A DNA stretch of 64,000 nucleotides from an uncultured Candidatus Saccharibacteria bacterium. GTDB lineage: Bacteria; Patescibacteriota; Minisyncoccia; Phycocordibacterales; UBA918. The translations under genes were made by a program, and so were the position numbers. Below, one piece after another: positions 36,654 through 46,183 of this stretch. The notes under the pieces are model-generated. The model saw only the letters and a program-made list of their open reading frames with translations, had not been told where the DNA came from and did not search any database. The stretch's first letter is position 1. Each line of letters opens with the position of its first letter. Where the stretch lies: assembly GCA_964643955.1 (NCBI GenBank), contig CAZXUO010000004.1:3882-67881 (forward strand). Direction: 5' to 3'.

Positions 36654-37226
36654 ATGGCGAAACGGCCACATCCAATTGTAGAGGAGGGAAACCAGGAGGA
36701 CGCTTTTCTTAAGGCGTTCGATGAGTATGCGGACGCTCTGTTTCGCCATGCGAGCATCCGTCTTTCAGACCGAGAGCGCGCGATAGAGATTGTCCACGAT
36801 ACCTATACCAAGGTATGGGGATATATCCGGGAGGGGCATGAGATCGCCTCGTTCCGTCCATTCCTCTACAAGGTGCTCAATAACCTCATCATCGATGAGT
36901 ATCGGCGCCGCAGAGAGACTTCGCTCGATGCGATCCTTGAAAAGGAAGGGGTTGATGAGGGGATGTTTGAGGGACTCCGTGACGAGCCGGTCGAATCTTT
37001 GATCAACGTGCTCGATGGAAAGCGCGCACTTGCGATTGTCGGCACGTTGCCCGACATCTATCGAGAGGTGATCATTCTGCGATTTGTCGACGGATTGAGT
37101 CCCAAAGAAATTGCCGCACTCATTGAGGAGACTGAAAATGTCGTTTCAGTACGTATTCACAGAGGACTGAAGCTTTTGAAGGAGAAGATCGATACACAAG
37201 AGGGGGCGACGTATGAAAAAGAATAG
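36654..37226 (+). CDS. ECF-type RNA polymerase sigma-70 factor
   Basis: Region 2 (IVHDTYTKVW...FRPFLYKVLNNLIIDEYRRR) and region 4 HTH (EVIILRFVDGLSPKEIAALIEETENVVSVRIHRGL). Confidence 0.85.
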   Translation: MAKRPHPIVEEGNQEDAFLKAFDEYADALFRHASIRLSDRERAIEIVHDTYTKVWGYIREGHEIASFRPFLYKVLNNLIIDEYRRRRETSLDAILEKEGVDEGMFEGLRDEPVESLINVLDGKRALAIVGTLPDIYREVIILRFVDGLSPKEIAALIEETENVVSVRIHRGLKLLKEKIDTQEGATYEKE

Positions 37227-38490
37227 AATCGTGAAAAAAGATACGGTGTTTACAAAAGAGGTAGAAAAAGTACACATGACCGCGCGCGAGCGGGATGTTT
37301 TGCGTGAACGCATTGTTTCATACATGGAGTACCATCCGCTCCATATGCCGGTCGTGCCGAAGGTCCAGTCATTTCAATATTACGCAGCACGCACCATTTC
37401 TTCATTTGGTTCGTGGACGATGCGTGCCCGCTCACTCGCGAGCGCAGCAGCGGTCTTCCTTTTTATCGCTATCCCTGTTGCCGCAGAGCAGGCGCTTCCG
37501 GGCGACGCGCTCTATCCGGTGAAGGTCCGTCTCAATGAGGGTATTCGCGCGCAACTCACGTTTTCTCCGTATGAAAAAATGCAGTGGGAAACCAAGCGTA
37601 TTGAGCGCCGCGTTGCTGAAGCACGACTCCTTGCACAAGAGGGGAATTTGACCGAAGAAAAAGAGGAGGTACTTGAAGCGACGGCTCGTGAGCACGCAAG
37701 CTCGTTTCAGGCACAGCTCGCTGAGATGCGTGTTGATGACGAAGAGGGGGCAGCGCTCGCTGAAGTCGCGCTTGAGTCTGCACTTGAGGTGCAGTCGGCA
37801 GTACTCGCGTCAGATGCAGATGTACAGGCGTTTTCAACAACGACAAATGGAGGAAACGTGAACGGACTTGCAGAGATCGTCCGCACTGCACGCAATGACG
37901 TTGCTTCAAGTGCAACGAGCACGCCTTCGTATGAGCGTCTTATTGGCCGCGTAGAAGAAAACACGACACGAATGTACGTACTTGTTGATTCGCTCAATGG
38001 TGAGCTTACTGAGGCGCAAGAACGAGAGGTTATGGAGCGTACTGCACGCGTTGATGCCGATATCATCGCAGCAAAAGAAGCGTACGTGCGCGGAGAGCAC
38101 GATGCGGCTGTTGCGACACTTCGACACGTACTCGCAACAACGGAGAAACTCATTGCGTTTCTAAATAGCATTGATATTCGTGCGTCAGTCTCACTGCAAG
38201 CGCTCGTACCAAGCACTGAGTCAGCAACCGTACAGATACTGTATGACGAACTTGCAACACTTGCGTCTCGACGCGCCGCTGTTGAGGTGAGTATGATTGC
38301 GCTCGGTGAGACGATAAGCACGGAGCTCGATGCATTTGATGCAGAAATCATGACTGCAGAAGGATCGCTCGCTGCAGACAATGTCGTGGATGGTGAGGCG
38401 GCTATCGATCGCGCAAAAGACATCATGCTCGATCTTGAAGTACGTGTTTCTGTGGGCGAGGGGACTGGCACGACGACGCCTTCAAACTAG
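37213..38490 (+). CDS. Putative anti-sigma factor (membrane-anchored, DUF5667-like coiled-coil domain)
   Basis: Overlaps sigma gene by 14 nt; one TM near residue 90; extracytoplasmic helical domain. Confidence 0.45.
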   Translation: MKKNRIVKKDTVFTKEVEKVHMTARERDVLRERIVSYMEYHPLHMPVVPKVQSFQYYAARTISSFGSWTMRARSLASAAAVFLFIAIPVAAEQALPGDALYPVKVRLNEGIRAQLTFSPYEKMQWETKRIERRVAEARLLAQEGNLTEEKEEVLEATAREHASSFQAQLAEMRVDDEEGAALAEVALESALEVQSAVLASDADVQAFSTTTNGGNVNGLAEIVRTARNDVASSATSTPSYERLIGRVEENTTRMYVLVDSLNGELTEAQEREVMERTARVDADIIAAKEAYVRGEHDAAVATLRHVLATTEKLIAFLNSIDIRASVSLQALVPSTESATVQILYDELATLASRRAAVEVSMIALGETISTELDAFDAEIMTAEGSLAADNVVDGEAAIDRAKDIMLDLEVRVSVGEGTGTTTPSN

Positions 38491-38566
38491 ACCTGCTTTT
38501 TAGTTTTCCACGGGTATAGGTAGTGTTGCTTGACGATTACTCGGTAGGAGGTGTACACTCTTTTTT

Positions 38567-38644
38567 ATGCGTATTGCATACACAGTCTGGGCACTCTTTG
38601 CACTCATTCTTACGATGAATGTGGAGCCGGCTCGTGTTGCATAA
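38567..38644 (+). CDS. Candidate 25-aa hydrophobic peptide MRIAYTVWALFALILTMNVEPARVA
   Basis: Preceded by TTGACG-18-TACACT promoter-like sequence; followed by terminator at about 38655-38700; weak SD spacing. Confidence 0.2.
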   Translation: MRIAYTVWALFALILTMNVEPARVA

Positions 38645-38822
38645 GTAAACACACTCCAAGAACAAAAAACCGGCTCCACACAGGGAGTCGGTTTTTTGTT
38701 CAAGAGGTGATGTGTATCGGAATGTGGTGGAGAATATCGCCACTGCATTCCGGGCCGCATCGTGCGGAGGCCGGACGCAGGGGGAGTCCTGCGAAGATCT
38801 TAGATAAAAGGGGAGAGTGACA

Positions 38823-39032
38823 ATGGCAAAAGGAGACCCGCTGCTTTCAAGAGGTGACTATGGAGTCGTGAACGCGGAATGTCCGCCGGAACCGGTGGAC
38901 ATTCTCGCAGGGCAGAAGTCGGCCGATAGCACGGTTCGGCCGCAGAGCTCGGTGGCAGTCGCAAAGCCTCGTCCTTCCCGGAGATCCAAGGAGATGGGGT
39001 GGATCAGGGGCTGGGAAAGCCGTATGGACTGA
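38823..39032 (+). CDS. Short ORF A in GC-rich island (69 aa)
   Basis: Strong SD aaaggggagag 6 nt upstream; about 65% GC unlike flanking DNA. Confidence 0.25.
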   Translation: MAKGDPLLSRGDYGVVNAECPPEPVDILAGQKSADSTVRPQSSVAVAKPRPSRRSKEMGWIRGWESRMD

Positions 39033-39054
39033 ATTGACCTGAGGAGAGAAGGAT

Positions 39055-39234
39055 ATGGACGACGGATTTGAGGGCGATCGGAGCAGCGATCCGGTCGCGG
39101 GTGTACGGCTCGCATTGCGGGACTTCAAAGGAGTCAGGCGTGGGCCCGATGGGCAGCCGCTTGATCAGGAGGTTCGCCCGACCGGTGGGATTCTCGAAGA
39201 GCTCGAGAAGCATCCCGGCGCAGCAGGAGTGTGA
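39055..39234 (+). CDS. Short ORF B in GC-rich island (59 aa)
   Basis: SD gaggagagaagg upstream of ATG. Confidence 0.25.
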   Translation: MDDGFEGDRSSDPVAGVRLALRDFKGVRRGPDGQPLDQEVRPTGGILEELEKHPGAAGV

Positions 39235-39244
39235 GGAGGGACTC

Positions 39245-39475
39245 ATGTCGGAAGAAAATCGTGGACCGTCGGAGGATACGCTCTCAGGAGCTACCCCGGC
39301 AGAGTCCTTGGAAGAGGGTCCGGATGCGCTGCAGGTTCCGCTGAACGTCGGCGAACGTGAGAGCGTCTACTTTGTTCGCGGAGCCGGTGTTCGGCCGCCG
39401 GTCGGAGGAGGTACTCCTCGGCGCGGCGACGTGTGCTGGGGCGGTCGCCCTGGCGGACATGGTCCGGCACGGTGA
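39245..39475 (+). CDS. Short ORF C in GC-rich island (76 aa)
   Basis: SD gaggaggg upstream of ATG; followed by a stable hairpin and tandem terminators. Confidence 0.25.
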   Translation: MSEENRGPSEDTLSGATPAESLEEGPDALQVPLNVGERESVYFVRGAGVRPPVGGGTPRRGDVCWGGRPGGHGPAR

Positions 39476-39551
39476 TGGCTTGGCGCAGCGTTCCGAAGGA
39501 ACGTTGCGCCACCCCTTCGTTTGCACAAAAACACGACGAGACGATACTGGT

Positions 39552-39630
39552 GCCCGAGCTTCTCGGGCGCTATTTTTATATATACGAAAACCGCGCGGCC
39601 TTTGGCCGCGCGGTTTTCGTTTTTGTCGTG
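39552..39630 (+). terminator. Tandem rho-independent terminators closing the GC-rich island
   Basis: gcccgagc-ttc-tcgggc + T5, then aaaaccgcgcggcc-tttg-gccgcgcggtttt + T tract. Confidence 0.65.
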
Positions 39631-39839
39631 TATCACCGTAGTGAGACACGTTCTCCAAAAAAGAACAGAATCCCCAACACAAGCAGTGGTTCGAGCTCCT
39701 CTGGGGGAGAGGTTCAAACCGCTTCCTGCGGTCTTCCTTCGTATGCAGCATGCGTTCGCATACGAGGGTGACAAGGGTCTATACTACCGCACCATTAAAA
39801 TCAGGCAACCTTTTTGTTGTGGATGACTCTGCGAGTTTG

Positions 39840-40928
39840 CTATTCGTCTAGGTGTTGCATGAGGAAATCACGTAAGTGTGGTGCAAGTGTTTCTTGAAAG
39901 GTCTGTGCGCGGAGCGGTATGTCGCCCGCGAGTGTGTGCGAGAGGTCGAGTCCCGTTTCTGTTTTCAATGTACGGTCGATGTAGGGGAGTGTGAGCGCGC
40001 GAAGACTTTTGATTCCTTCAAGTTCGGGATTGCCGCGTGTGACGATGAGTCCGACCACCGCTCCTTCATCACTCACAATAGGTCCGCCGGATGAGCCTTG
40101 CTGTCCGACGTCTGAAGGCGCAATGCCAACGAGGTCGATTGATCCTGAGTGAAAGGTGAAGAGGCGGGTGATGCTTGTGGTGGCTATCGCGGGAATGAGT
40201 GCACCGTGCGCGTCGCGCTCAGTGAGCATTTCCGCAGGATATCCTGCGACGCGCACGGACGTTGGGTCGAAGGCCTCGTCGAGTACAAGTGGTGGCAACG
40301 CAGGAAATGATGACGGCAATTCACCATCGAGTGATGTGGTCACGTAGAGCAGCGCGAAGTCACGCTCGCCAGTACCTGATGGCTTATCGGCATAGAGTTG
40401 GTGCGCATTTTGTTCAATCCACGTCGGAGAGATGTAGAGGAGTGACGCTTCATATTTTGAGACTGCAGGATTTCCTTGGCGAATAGTACAGGTTGTCTCA
40501 GTATCTTCGACCGTTCCTGCAAGAAGAAGGAATTGCGCGACGTGTGCATTGGTGAGGATGATACCGTCTGAATCAATGAAAACACCGCTGCCGGTCGTTG
40601 CGCGGACTTTCTTTCCGGTATGCGCCGTGCAGAAGATGTTGACGAGCGCATCTTCGATAGAAACGCTCGGTACAGCGCTCGTTGCTGATACCGCGTCGAT
40701 CGTCGAGGCTTGCTGGTAGCGGGTATCGCGCTGGAGCTGTTCGGTAATGAGTGTGTTGATGCCAAGAAGTGGCGAGGTGGTGTCAGAAGGAGCTTCTATG
40801 TACGAAATATCGTAGGGACTTTCGTGCGGCCAGTATTTGGTGAGAAGATTAGCGGCACCATTTGAGAGAGCGATAAATGCAGTGAGGAGCGCGACAATCG
40901 CATCTTTTGCAATGTCCAAGTGGAACAT
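39840..40928 (-). CDS. Trypsin-like serine protease (S1C/HtrA-like, no obvious PDZ)
   Basis: Catalytic-triad context: ...TNAHV (His), D, GSSGGPIV (Ser). Confidence 0.8.
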   Translation of the reverse strand: MFHLDIAKDAIVALLTAFIALSNGAANLLTKYWPHESPYDISYIEAPSDTTSPLLGINTLITEQLQRDTRYQQASTIDAVSATSAVPSVSIEDALVNIFCTAHTGKKVRATTGSGVFIDSDGIILTNAHVAQFLLLAGTVEDTETTCTIRQGNPAVSKYEASLLYISPTWIEQNAHQLYADKPSGTGERDFALLYVTTSLDGELPSSFPALPPLVLDEAFDPTSVRVAGYPAEMLTERDAHGALIPAIATTSITRLFTFHSGSIDLVGIAPSDVGQQGSSGGPIVSDEGAVVGLIVTRGNPELEGIKSLRALTLPYIDRTLKTETGLDLSHTLAGDIPLRAQTFQETLAPHLRDFLMQHLDE

Positions 40929-41120
40929 GGTGCGTCCAGTATAGCATCGGTGCTGTTTCTTTTGACAAAGGAGTGGTCTGTGGACTAATGCATGCTACCC
41001 GTATAAGTAGGGTATACTGTTTGGGTAATACGCATATGGTATGCGTATTTTATTTGTCAGTGCTCTTTTTGAATTTTGTGCGTACTGCGCACATTCTGGA
41101 AGAGATAATCGGAATAAAAT

Positions 41121-41252
41121 ATGATCAATTTCTTTGACGGTGAGGAGCCAGCAATGGATCCAGTTGATGAGCCGGCAGAAGAAGGTGCAGCGCCTACTGA
41201 GGGCGGTGAGGTAGCAATGCCAGCCGAAGACGGGGCGATGCCAGCTGCGTAA
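41121..41252 (+). CDS. Candidate 43-aa acidic peptide
   Basis: ORF with its own downstream terminator (41266-41297); weak SD. Confidence 0.2.
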   Translation: MINFFDGEEPAMDPVDEPAEEGAAPTEGGEVAMPAEDGAMPAA

Positions 41253-41356
41253 GCATGCTATATAAAAGCCGCGCGCCCTTTGGGCGCGCGGCTTTTAGTA
41301 TGCTGTATTTTTTCCCATAAAATGCTAAAATCGTGGTGCTGTAGGAGGAAATATAC

Positions 41357-41427
41357 GCGGGATTAGTTTAATGGTAGAACATCAGTTTTCCAAACTGAGA
41401 GTAGGAGTTCGATTCCCCTATCCCGCA
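41357..41427 (+). tRNA. tRNA-Gly (anticodon TCC; alternative register would give Trp-CCA)
   Basis: Acceptor GCGGGAT/ATCCCGC, anticodon stem TCAGT/ACTGA loop TTTCCAA; T loop TTCGATT. Confidence 0.7.
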
Positions 41428-41432
41428 CAACA

Positions 41433-41478
41433 AAAGAAAAGACCGGCCCTTTGGGCCGGTCTTTTCTTTTGTTGTTAT
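41433..41478 (+). terminator. Rho-independent terminator after tRNA
   Basis: aaaagaaaagaccggccc-tttg-ggccggtcttttctttt. Confidence 0.7.
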
Positions 41479-41945
41479 GAAGGTGGGGGAATCGAAGGCT
41501 GGAGGTGCGCCCGCGTTGCGGGATGAAGCACTGAGGCGGGGTCGCGACCTTTTGCGAAGCAAAAGAGTTGTGACCGATTCACCTAGAAATTATGAAATAT
41601 TCTCGAAGAAGGTTGGCGGTAGGAGACGAAAAAGTTCTAACATCATCCCAGAATGGCCGTTCAAAAAAAAGCCCTGGTCTCCGGGGAGACTGGGCTTTTG
41701 GGGTCTCTATGCTCTTGTAGACGAGTCGGTATGTACACCAGATGTACATCATCCGACACGGACGACACCCAGAGGGCATATTTCGTAGCCATGGATGTAA
41801 TCGCTCACTATGATAGCATATAAGAATATATTGTCAAGTACTTGTAAAAGTTCCAACATCACCCCGGTCGGGCATCTAATTTAAGAACCTCCTACCAACA
41901 AAAAGAGCCGGCATGCCGGCTCTTTTTGTGTGGTGATAGGAAGTC

Positions 41946-42221
41946 CTATCCTTTGACGGCGTCTTTCAATGCCTTTGCTGCGCGGAACTTTGGTACGCGC
42001 ATTGCAGGCACTTCGATCGTTTCGCCAGTGCGCGGATTGCGACCCTGACGTGCTGGGCGCATTTTTGCGGAGAAAATGCCCAAACCAGCGATCGAAACCT
42101 CTTTCCCGTCAGCAAGTGAATCAACAATGCAGGTAAGCATTGTTTCCACGGCGCGCTCAGCATCGGCCTTCGTGCCGGCAAGTGCCTCGTGGACCTTGTT
42201 GATTATTTCTGCCTTGTTCAT
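41946..42221 (-). CDS. hup: DNA-binding protein HU
   Basis: 91 aa, ...GKEVSIAGLGIFSAKMRPARQGRNPRTGETIEVPA... HU arm signature; terminator 41898-41927. Confidence 0.9.
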   Translation of the reverse strand: MNKAEIINKVHEALAGTKADAERAVETMLTCIVDSLADGKEVSIAGLGIFSAKMRPARQGRNPRTGETIEVPAMRVPKFRAAKALKDAVKG

Positions 42222-42416
42222 ATGACCGTATTAAAGGTTTTGGATAATGGTCGAAGCGGCATCTCGTATGTCGCCACTGCCAAAAGTATGGCTAAAAACA
42301 TTATATAGGAGGGGATTTTGCCCGCAAGCAACTTGAACAACCCCTTCTTTGTGTGTCCTAATTTTTCCTGAAATAATCGTGGTGCTCATCGTGTTCGCCG
42401 TGTACAATACCCGCAT

Positions 42417-42974
42417 ATGAAAATTGGAGTTTCAGGCGCGCATGGAAGTTTTTCTGAGGAAGCTGGCGAGCGCTATGCGCGTGAAGCGCATGGTGGTGAA
42501 GCAGAAATTATTCCGCTCGTGAGCGTGGAGAACGTGCTTTCGGCGCTCGAAAAAGGGGAGATTGATCGGGGCGTGTTTCCGATTGAGAATTCAAATGGCG
42601 GTATCGTGATCGAAGCAGTCCATGCGATGGCAAAACATACGTTTACGATCGAAAAGATGTTTGAGATTGATGTACACCACACACTCCTCGTTGCTCCGGG
42701 CGTCAATGTAGATGAGATCACGGCGATCACTTCGCACGATCAAGCGCTCAAGCAGTGCCGGCAGTATTTGAAGCGCAAGTGGCCGGGCGTAGAAATCATT
42801 GAATATCCCGACACCGCAAAGGCAGCAAAAGATATTGCATCAGGTGAATTGCCACGCACGACTGCAGCGATTACGCCGAAGCGATGCGCCGAAATATACG
42901 GTCTCGATATTCTTGAAGAATCGATTCAGGATTTGAAATACAATTACACGATGTTTATCGTGGCAACGAAGTAG
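42417..42974 (+). CDS. Prephenate dehydratase domain protein (no ACT domain)
   Basis: PDT motifs (FPIENSNGGIV, TSHDQAL...); only 185 aa. Confidence 0.7.
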   Translation: MKIGVSGAHGSFSEEAGERYAREAHGGEAEIIPLVSVENVLSALEKGEIDRGVFPIENSNGGIVIEAVHAMAKHTFTIEKMFEIDVHHTLLVAPGVNVDEITAITSHDQALKQCRQYLKRKWPGVEIIEYPDTAKAAKDIASGELPRTTAAITPKRCAEIYGLDILEESIQDLKYNYTMFIVATK

Positions 42975-43090
42975 GCCCGGGCGAATGCCCGGGCCTGGTG
43001 GTATTTCTGCAGGAGGGCTGCAGAATAGATTGCGATGAGTGCGGTCGCGCAGAACCCAGCGTATAGCGCTCCTGCGTAGATAAGAATCAT
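42944..43090 (-). CDS. Candidate 48-aa hydrophobic membrane peptide
   Basis: ATG preceded by GGAGGGG SD at 8 nt; overlaps the pheA 3' end. Confidence 0.25.
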   Translation of the reverse strand: MILIYAGALYAGFCATALIAIYSAALLQKYHQARAFARAYFVATINIV

Positions 43091-43243
43091 CACCAGCCCC
43101 TCCGATGGGTGAAGTACGTCCGCCGGTTGCTGCGCGCAAGGATGTACCACACGGCGAAGATGAGTCCGATAAATCCGTATATGACGAGGAGATCATCGAC
43201 ATTGCTCCTAGCATTTCCTCCTTCTGCGAAAAGCGTACCACTC

Positions 43244-44779
43244 CTATCGCGCGTATTCAATTGCGCGGGATTCGCGAATGACGTTGACTTTAATTTCGCC
43301 CGGATACTTGAGTTCCGCCTCTACTTTGCGCGCGATGCTCTTTGCGACTTCATGTGCCTCGAGGTCGGTCATTGATTCGGGATTGACGAGTACGCGTATC
43401 TCGCGGCCGGCTTGGATTGCAAATGCTTTCTCAACGCCCTTCATGCTCGTGGCGATTGCTTCGAGCTCCTCGAGTCGCTTGATGTAGTTTTCGAGCGAGT
43501 CACGGCGTGCACCGGGGCGTCCGCCCGAGATCGCGTCGGCAACCTGCACGATAATCGACTCAGGTGTTTCGTACGGATACTCTTCGTGGTGCGCCTGCAT
43601 CGCTTTGATGACGTCTTCATGCACGCCGTACTTCTGGAGGATGCGACGGCCGAGCTCGACATGCGTCCCTTCCACCTCGTGACTCACTGCTTTGCCGATG
43701 TCATGCAACAGTGCGCCTGCTTTTGCGACGTCTATGTTTGCGCCGACTTCTGCAGCGATGATTGCCGCGATGTGCGCCATCTCAACCGAGTGCCATAGTA
43801 CATTTTGGCCGTAGCTCGTGCGGTAGTGGAGTCGTCCGAGAATGCGGATGAGATCGGGATGGAGATTTGAAATACCGCATTCAAATGCAGCTTTTTCTCC
43901 CATCTTGCGCATCGTCTCAGATACTTCTGTCTGCGCCTTTTTCACAAATTCCTCAATCTTTGCCGGTTGAATACGGCCATCGGTGATGAGTGCGGCAAGT
44001 GCGGTGCGTGCGATCTCGCGGCGCATCGGATCAAAGGATGAGAGGGTGATGTATCCGGGCTGATCATCGATCAAGACATCAACGCCGGTTGCGCGCTCAA
44101 ACGCACGCACGTTGCGGCCTTCTTTTCCGATGATCTTTCCTTTGACATCGTCTGAGGGAATCTCGAGTGTTGCGGTCATCGTCTCGGGTTTGACTGTATT
44201 GCCGATGCGGTGTATTGCTGACACGATGATGTCGCGCGCTTTTGCTTCGAGCTTGTCCATACCAAAGACTTCGAGCTTCTGCATACGTACGAGTAGGTCG
44301 TCTTCGTACTCGCGCTCGGTGCGCTTCATGATTTCTTCTCGCGCTTCTTCCTGTGTGAGTTTCGCAATTTCAGCAATGCGGGCGTCCACGCTTTCTGCCC
44401 GCTCGTCGAGCCGCGTTTTGATGGTTTTGATTTCTTCGATTTTCGCGCGCACTGACTCGACTTCTGAGTCGAGATCCATCTGGCGCTTGTCGAGCATCTC
44501 TTCTTTCTTCACGAGGCGCTCTTCGGTACGAAGCAAGCGTTCCTCAGTATCTTTGAGGCGCTGTTTCGCGTCGTCTTCAAGCGCGGTTGCGCGTGCGAGC
44601 GCTTCGTCGAGTAGGCGAGTTGTTTCTTCTTTTGTATCGACGAGCTTTTGTTTTATTTCAAGCTCAATCGACCCTTTCTTTCCAAGTGCATGCAGGTATC
44701 GCAGGTAGTACCCGAGTCCGATGCTTGCGATTGCCGTTGCGGCAAATCCAAGCAGTGTAACGATAAACATATGATTCAA
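43244..44779 (-). CDS. rny: Ribonuclease Y
   Basis: N-terminal TM + coiled coil, KH domain (GKIIGKEGRNVRAFE), HD domain (LLHDIGKA). Confidence 0.9.
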   Translation of the reverse strand: MNHMFIVTLLGFAATAIASIGLGYYLRYLHALGKKGSIELEIKQKLVDTKEETTRLLDEALARATALEDDAKQRLKDTEERLLRTEERLVKKEEMLDKRQMDLDSEVESVRAKIEEIKTIKTRLDERAESVDARIAEIAKLTQEEAREEIMKRTEREYEDDLLVRMQKLEVFGMDKLEAKARDIIVSAIHRIGNTVKPETMTATLEIPSDDVKGKIIGKEGRNVRAFERATGVDVLIDDQPGYITLSSFDPMRREIARTALAALITDGRIQPAKIEEFVKKAQTEVSETMRKMGEKAAFECGISNLHPDLIRILGRLHYRTSYGQNVLWHSVEMAHIAAIIAAEVGANIDVAKAGALLHDIGKAVSHEVEGTHVELGRRILQKYGVHEDVIKAMQAHHEEYPYETPESIIVQVADAISGGRPGARRDSLENYIKRLEELEAIATSMKGVEKAFAIQAGREIRVLVNPESMTDLEAHEVAKSIARKVEAELKYPGEIKVNVIRESRAIEYAR

Positions 44780-44968
44780 TGACCGGCGTTCGTATGAGGT
44801 CGAGCAAACGAGAGGAAGGGGGCGTGCGGGTAAGGGCGGTCATTCGGGAGTGGCGGGAGGTCGGCAGTATTCGTCCGAGCGTCGTGTCGATAATTACAAA
44901 TAAATCAGCACCATCACCGTACCACCCATTTTTTCCTGTGTAAATAGAGCGGTATTTCGTGTGCTCGC

Positions 44969-46138
44969 GTGTTTCTGGAAGAGGAATATACTGAGGATAT
45001 GGAACCGCTCGCACACCGACTCCGGCCGAAGACGCTCGATGAATTTGTCGGGCAGACGCACCTCGTAGGCGAGGGCAAGCCGATTCGCGTTGCGATCGAA
45101 GAACAGCACCGCTTCTCGTTTATTCTCTGGGGGCCGCCGGGTGTGGGAAAGACAACGCTCGCGCGCATGTACGCCGACGCGATTGGCGCGCAGTTTTTTG
45201 AGCTCTCCGCGGTGTCTGCAGGGAAGGCCGACGTAAAAAAGATCATTGATACTGAGGGTGGCGAGATGCCGAAGGTACTTTTTCTTGATGAGATTCACCG
45301 TTTCAATAAAGCGCAGCAGGATTTCCTTTTGCCGTATGTCGAGACCGGTGCGCTCACACTCATTGGTGCCACAACTGAGAATCCGAGCTTTGAAGTGATA
45401 CCAGCGCTTCTCTCACGCTGTCGCGTGTTTGTGCTCAATGAGCTCGGCGAAGATGAGATGCGCGCGATTATCAAACGGACGAAGATTAAGCTTGATAAAA
45501 AAGCGGCGGACTGGCTCATCGAGATGGTGCGCGGCGATGCGCGACAAGCGCTCGCGATGCTTGAAAATACCGAGAAGCTCTATGGAAAGGTGACGGTCGA
45601 AACGCTTACGCAGATGCTCCAAAATACGCACCTGCGGTACGACAAGAAAGGCGAAGAACACTACAACACTATTTCTGCATTCATTAAAAGCATGCGCGCA
45701 TCGCAGCCGGATGCCGCGCTCTACTATCTCGCACGCATGGTGGAAGCGGGAGAGGATCCGAAGTTTATTGCGCGGCGCATGGTGATATTCGCGTCAGAAG
45801 ATATCGGACTTGCGCAGCCGACGGCGCTCGTCGTCGCAAACGAGGTGTTTCGTGCGGTTGAGATGATTGGGTATCCAGAGTGCGCGATCAATCTTGCGCA
45901 CGGTGTTTCATACCTTGCGCTCGCAAAGAAAGATCGGAGCTCGTATGACGCATACTTTGCTGCGGTCGATGATGTGAAGCGGCACGGCAATCTCCCGATA
46001 CCAATGGCGGTCCGCAATGCGCCGACGAAACTGATGAAAGAGCTTGGATATCACGAAGGATATGAGATGTATACCGATAAAAGTTACTTACCAGAGAAGT
46101 TGAAAGGGAAGAGGTATTTGAAACGGAAAGAGGATTAA
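44969..46138 (+). CDS. rarA: Replication-associated recombination protein A (AAA+)
   Basis: [13 protein letters not shown] Walker A; MgsA C-terminal domain. Confidence 0.9.
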   Translation: MFLEEEYTEDMEPLAHRLRPKTLDEFVGQTHLVGEGKPIRVAIEEQHRFSFILWGPPGVGKTTLARMYADAIGAQFFELSAVSAGKADVKKIIDTEGGEMPKVLFLDEIHRFNKAQQDFLLPYVETGALTLIGATTENPSFEVIPALLSRCRVFVLNELGEDEMRAIIKRTKIKLDKKAADWLIEMVRGDARQALAMLENTEKLYGKVTVETLTQMLQNTHLRYDKKGEEHYNTISAFIKSMRASQPDAALYYLARMVEAGEDPKFIARRMVIFASEDIGLAQPTALVVANEVFRAVEMIGYPECAINLAHGVSYLALAKKDRSSYDAYFAAVDDVKRHGNLPIPMAVRNAPTKLMKELGYHEGYEMYTDKSYLPEKLKGKRYLKRKED

Positions 46139-46140
46139 AC

Positions 46141-46171
46141 AAAACCCCCGCGCCGAAGGCGCGGGGGTTTT
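46141..46171. terminator. Bidirectional terminator between rarA and clpP
   Basis: aaacccccgcgcc-gaa-ggcgcgggggttttt. Confidence 0.7.
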
Positions 46172-46183
46172 TAGTTTGTGTTG

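Noticed and set aside
37707-38471. 254-aa minus-strand ORF
   Set aside because: Ser/Ala-rich antisense shadow of the anti-sigma factor gene.
39284-39774. Minus-strand ORFs 39284-39751 and 39367-39774 in the GC island
   Set aside because: Long open frames are expected by chance at 65% GC; no SD or start context and nonsense-like composition. The + strand short ORFs with SDs were preferred, still at low confidence.
41357-41427. Alternative identity of the fourth tRNA as tRNA-Trp(CCA)
   Set aside because: The CAGTTTTCCAAACTG segment allows two 5-bp stem registers. Standard numbering (U8, 26=A, 7-nt D loop) places TCC at 34-36 and the GCGGG acceptor is Gly-like; the D-arm resembles Trp, so the ambiguity is kept.
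33109-41945. Search for RNase P RNA, tmRNA, SRP RNA and 6S RNA in the longer intergenic regions (33109-33460, 35546-35910, 38491-39839, 41428-41945)
   Set aside because: None of the hallmark motifs were seen by eye (GGAAAGUCCGG / ACAGAAACCCGGCUUA, tmRNA GGGG...tag...T-arm-CCA, SRP GGAAG..AGCAG helix 8); absence by eye is not conclusive.
44112-44708. 198-aa + ORF inside rny
   Set aside because: Ser-rich antisense frame of a well-supported RNase Y gene.
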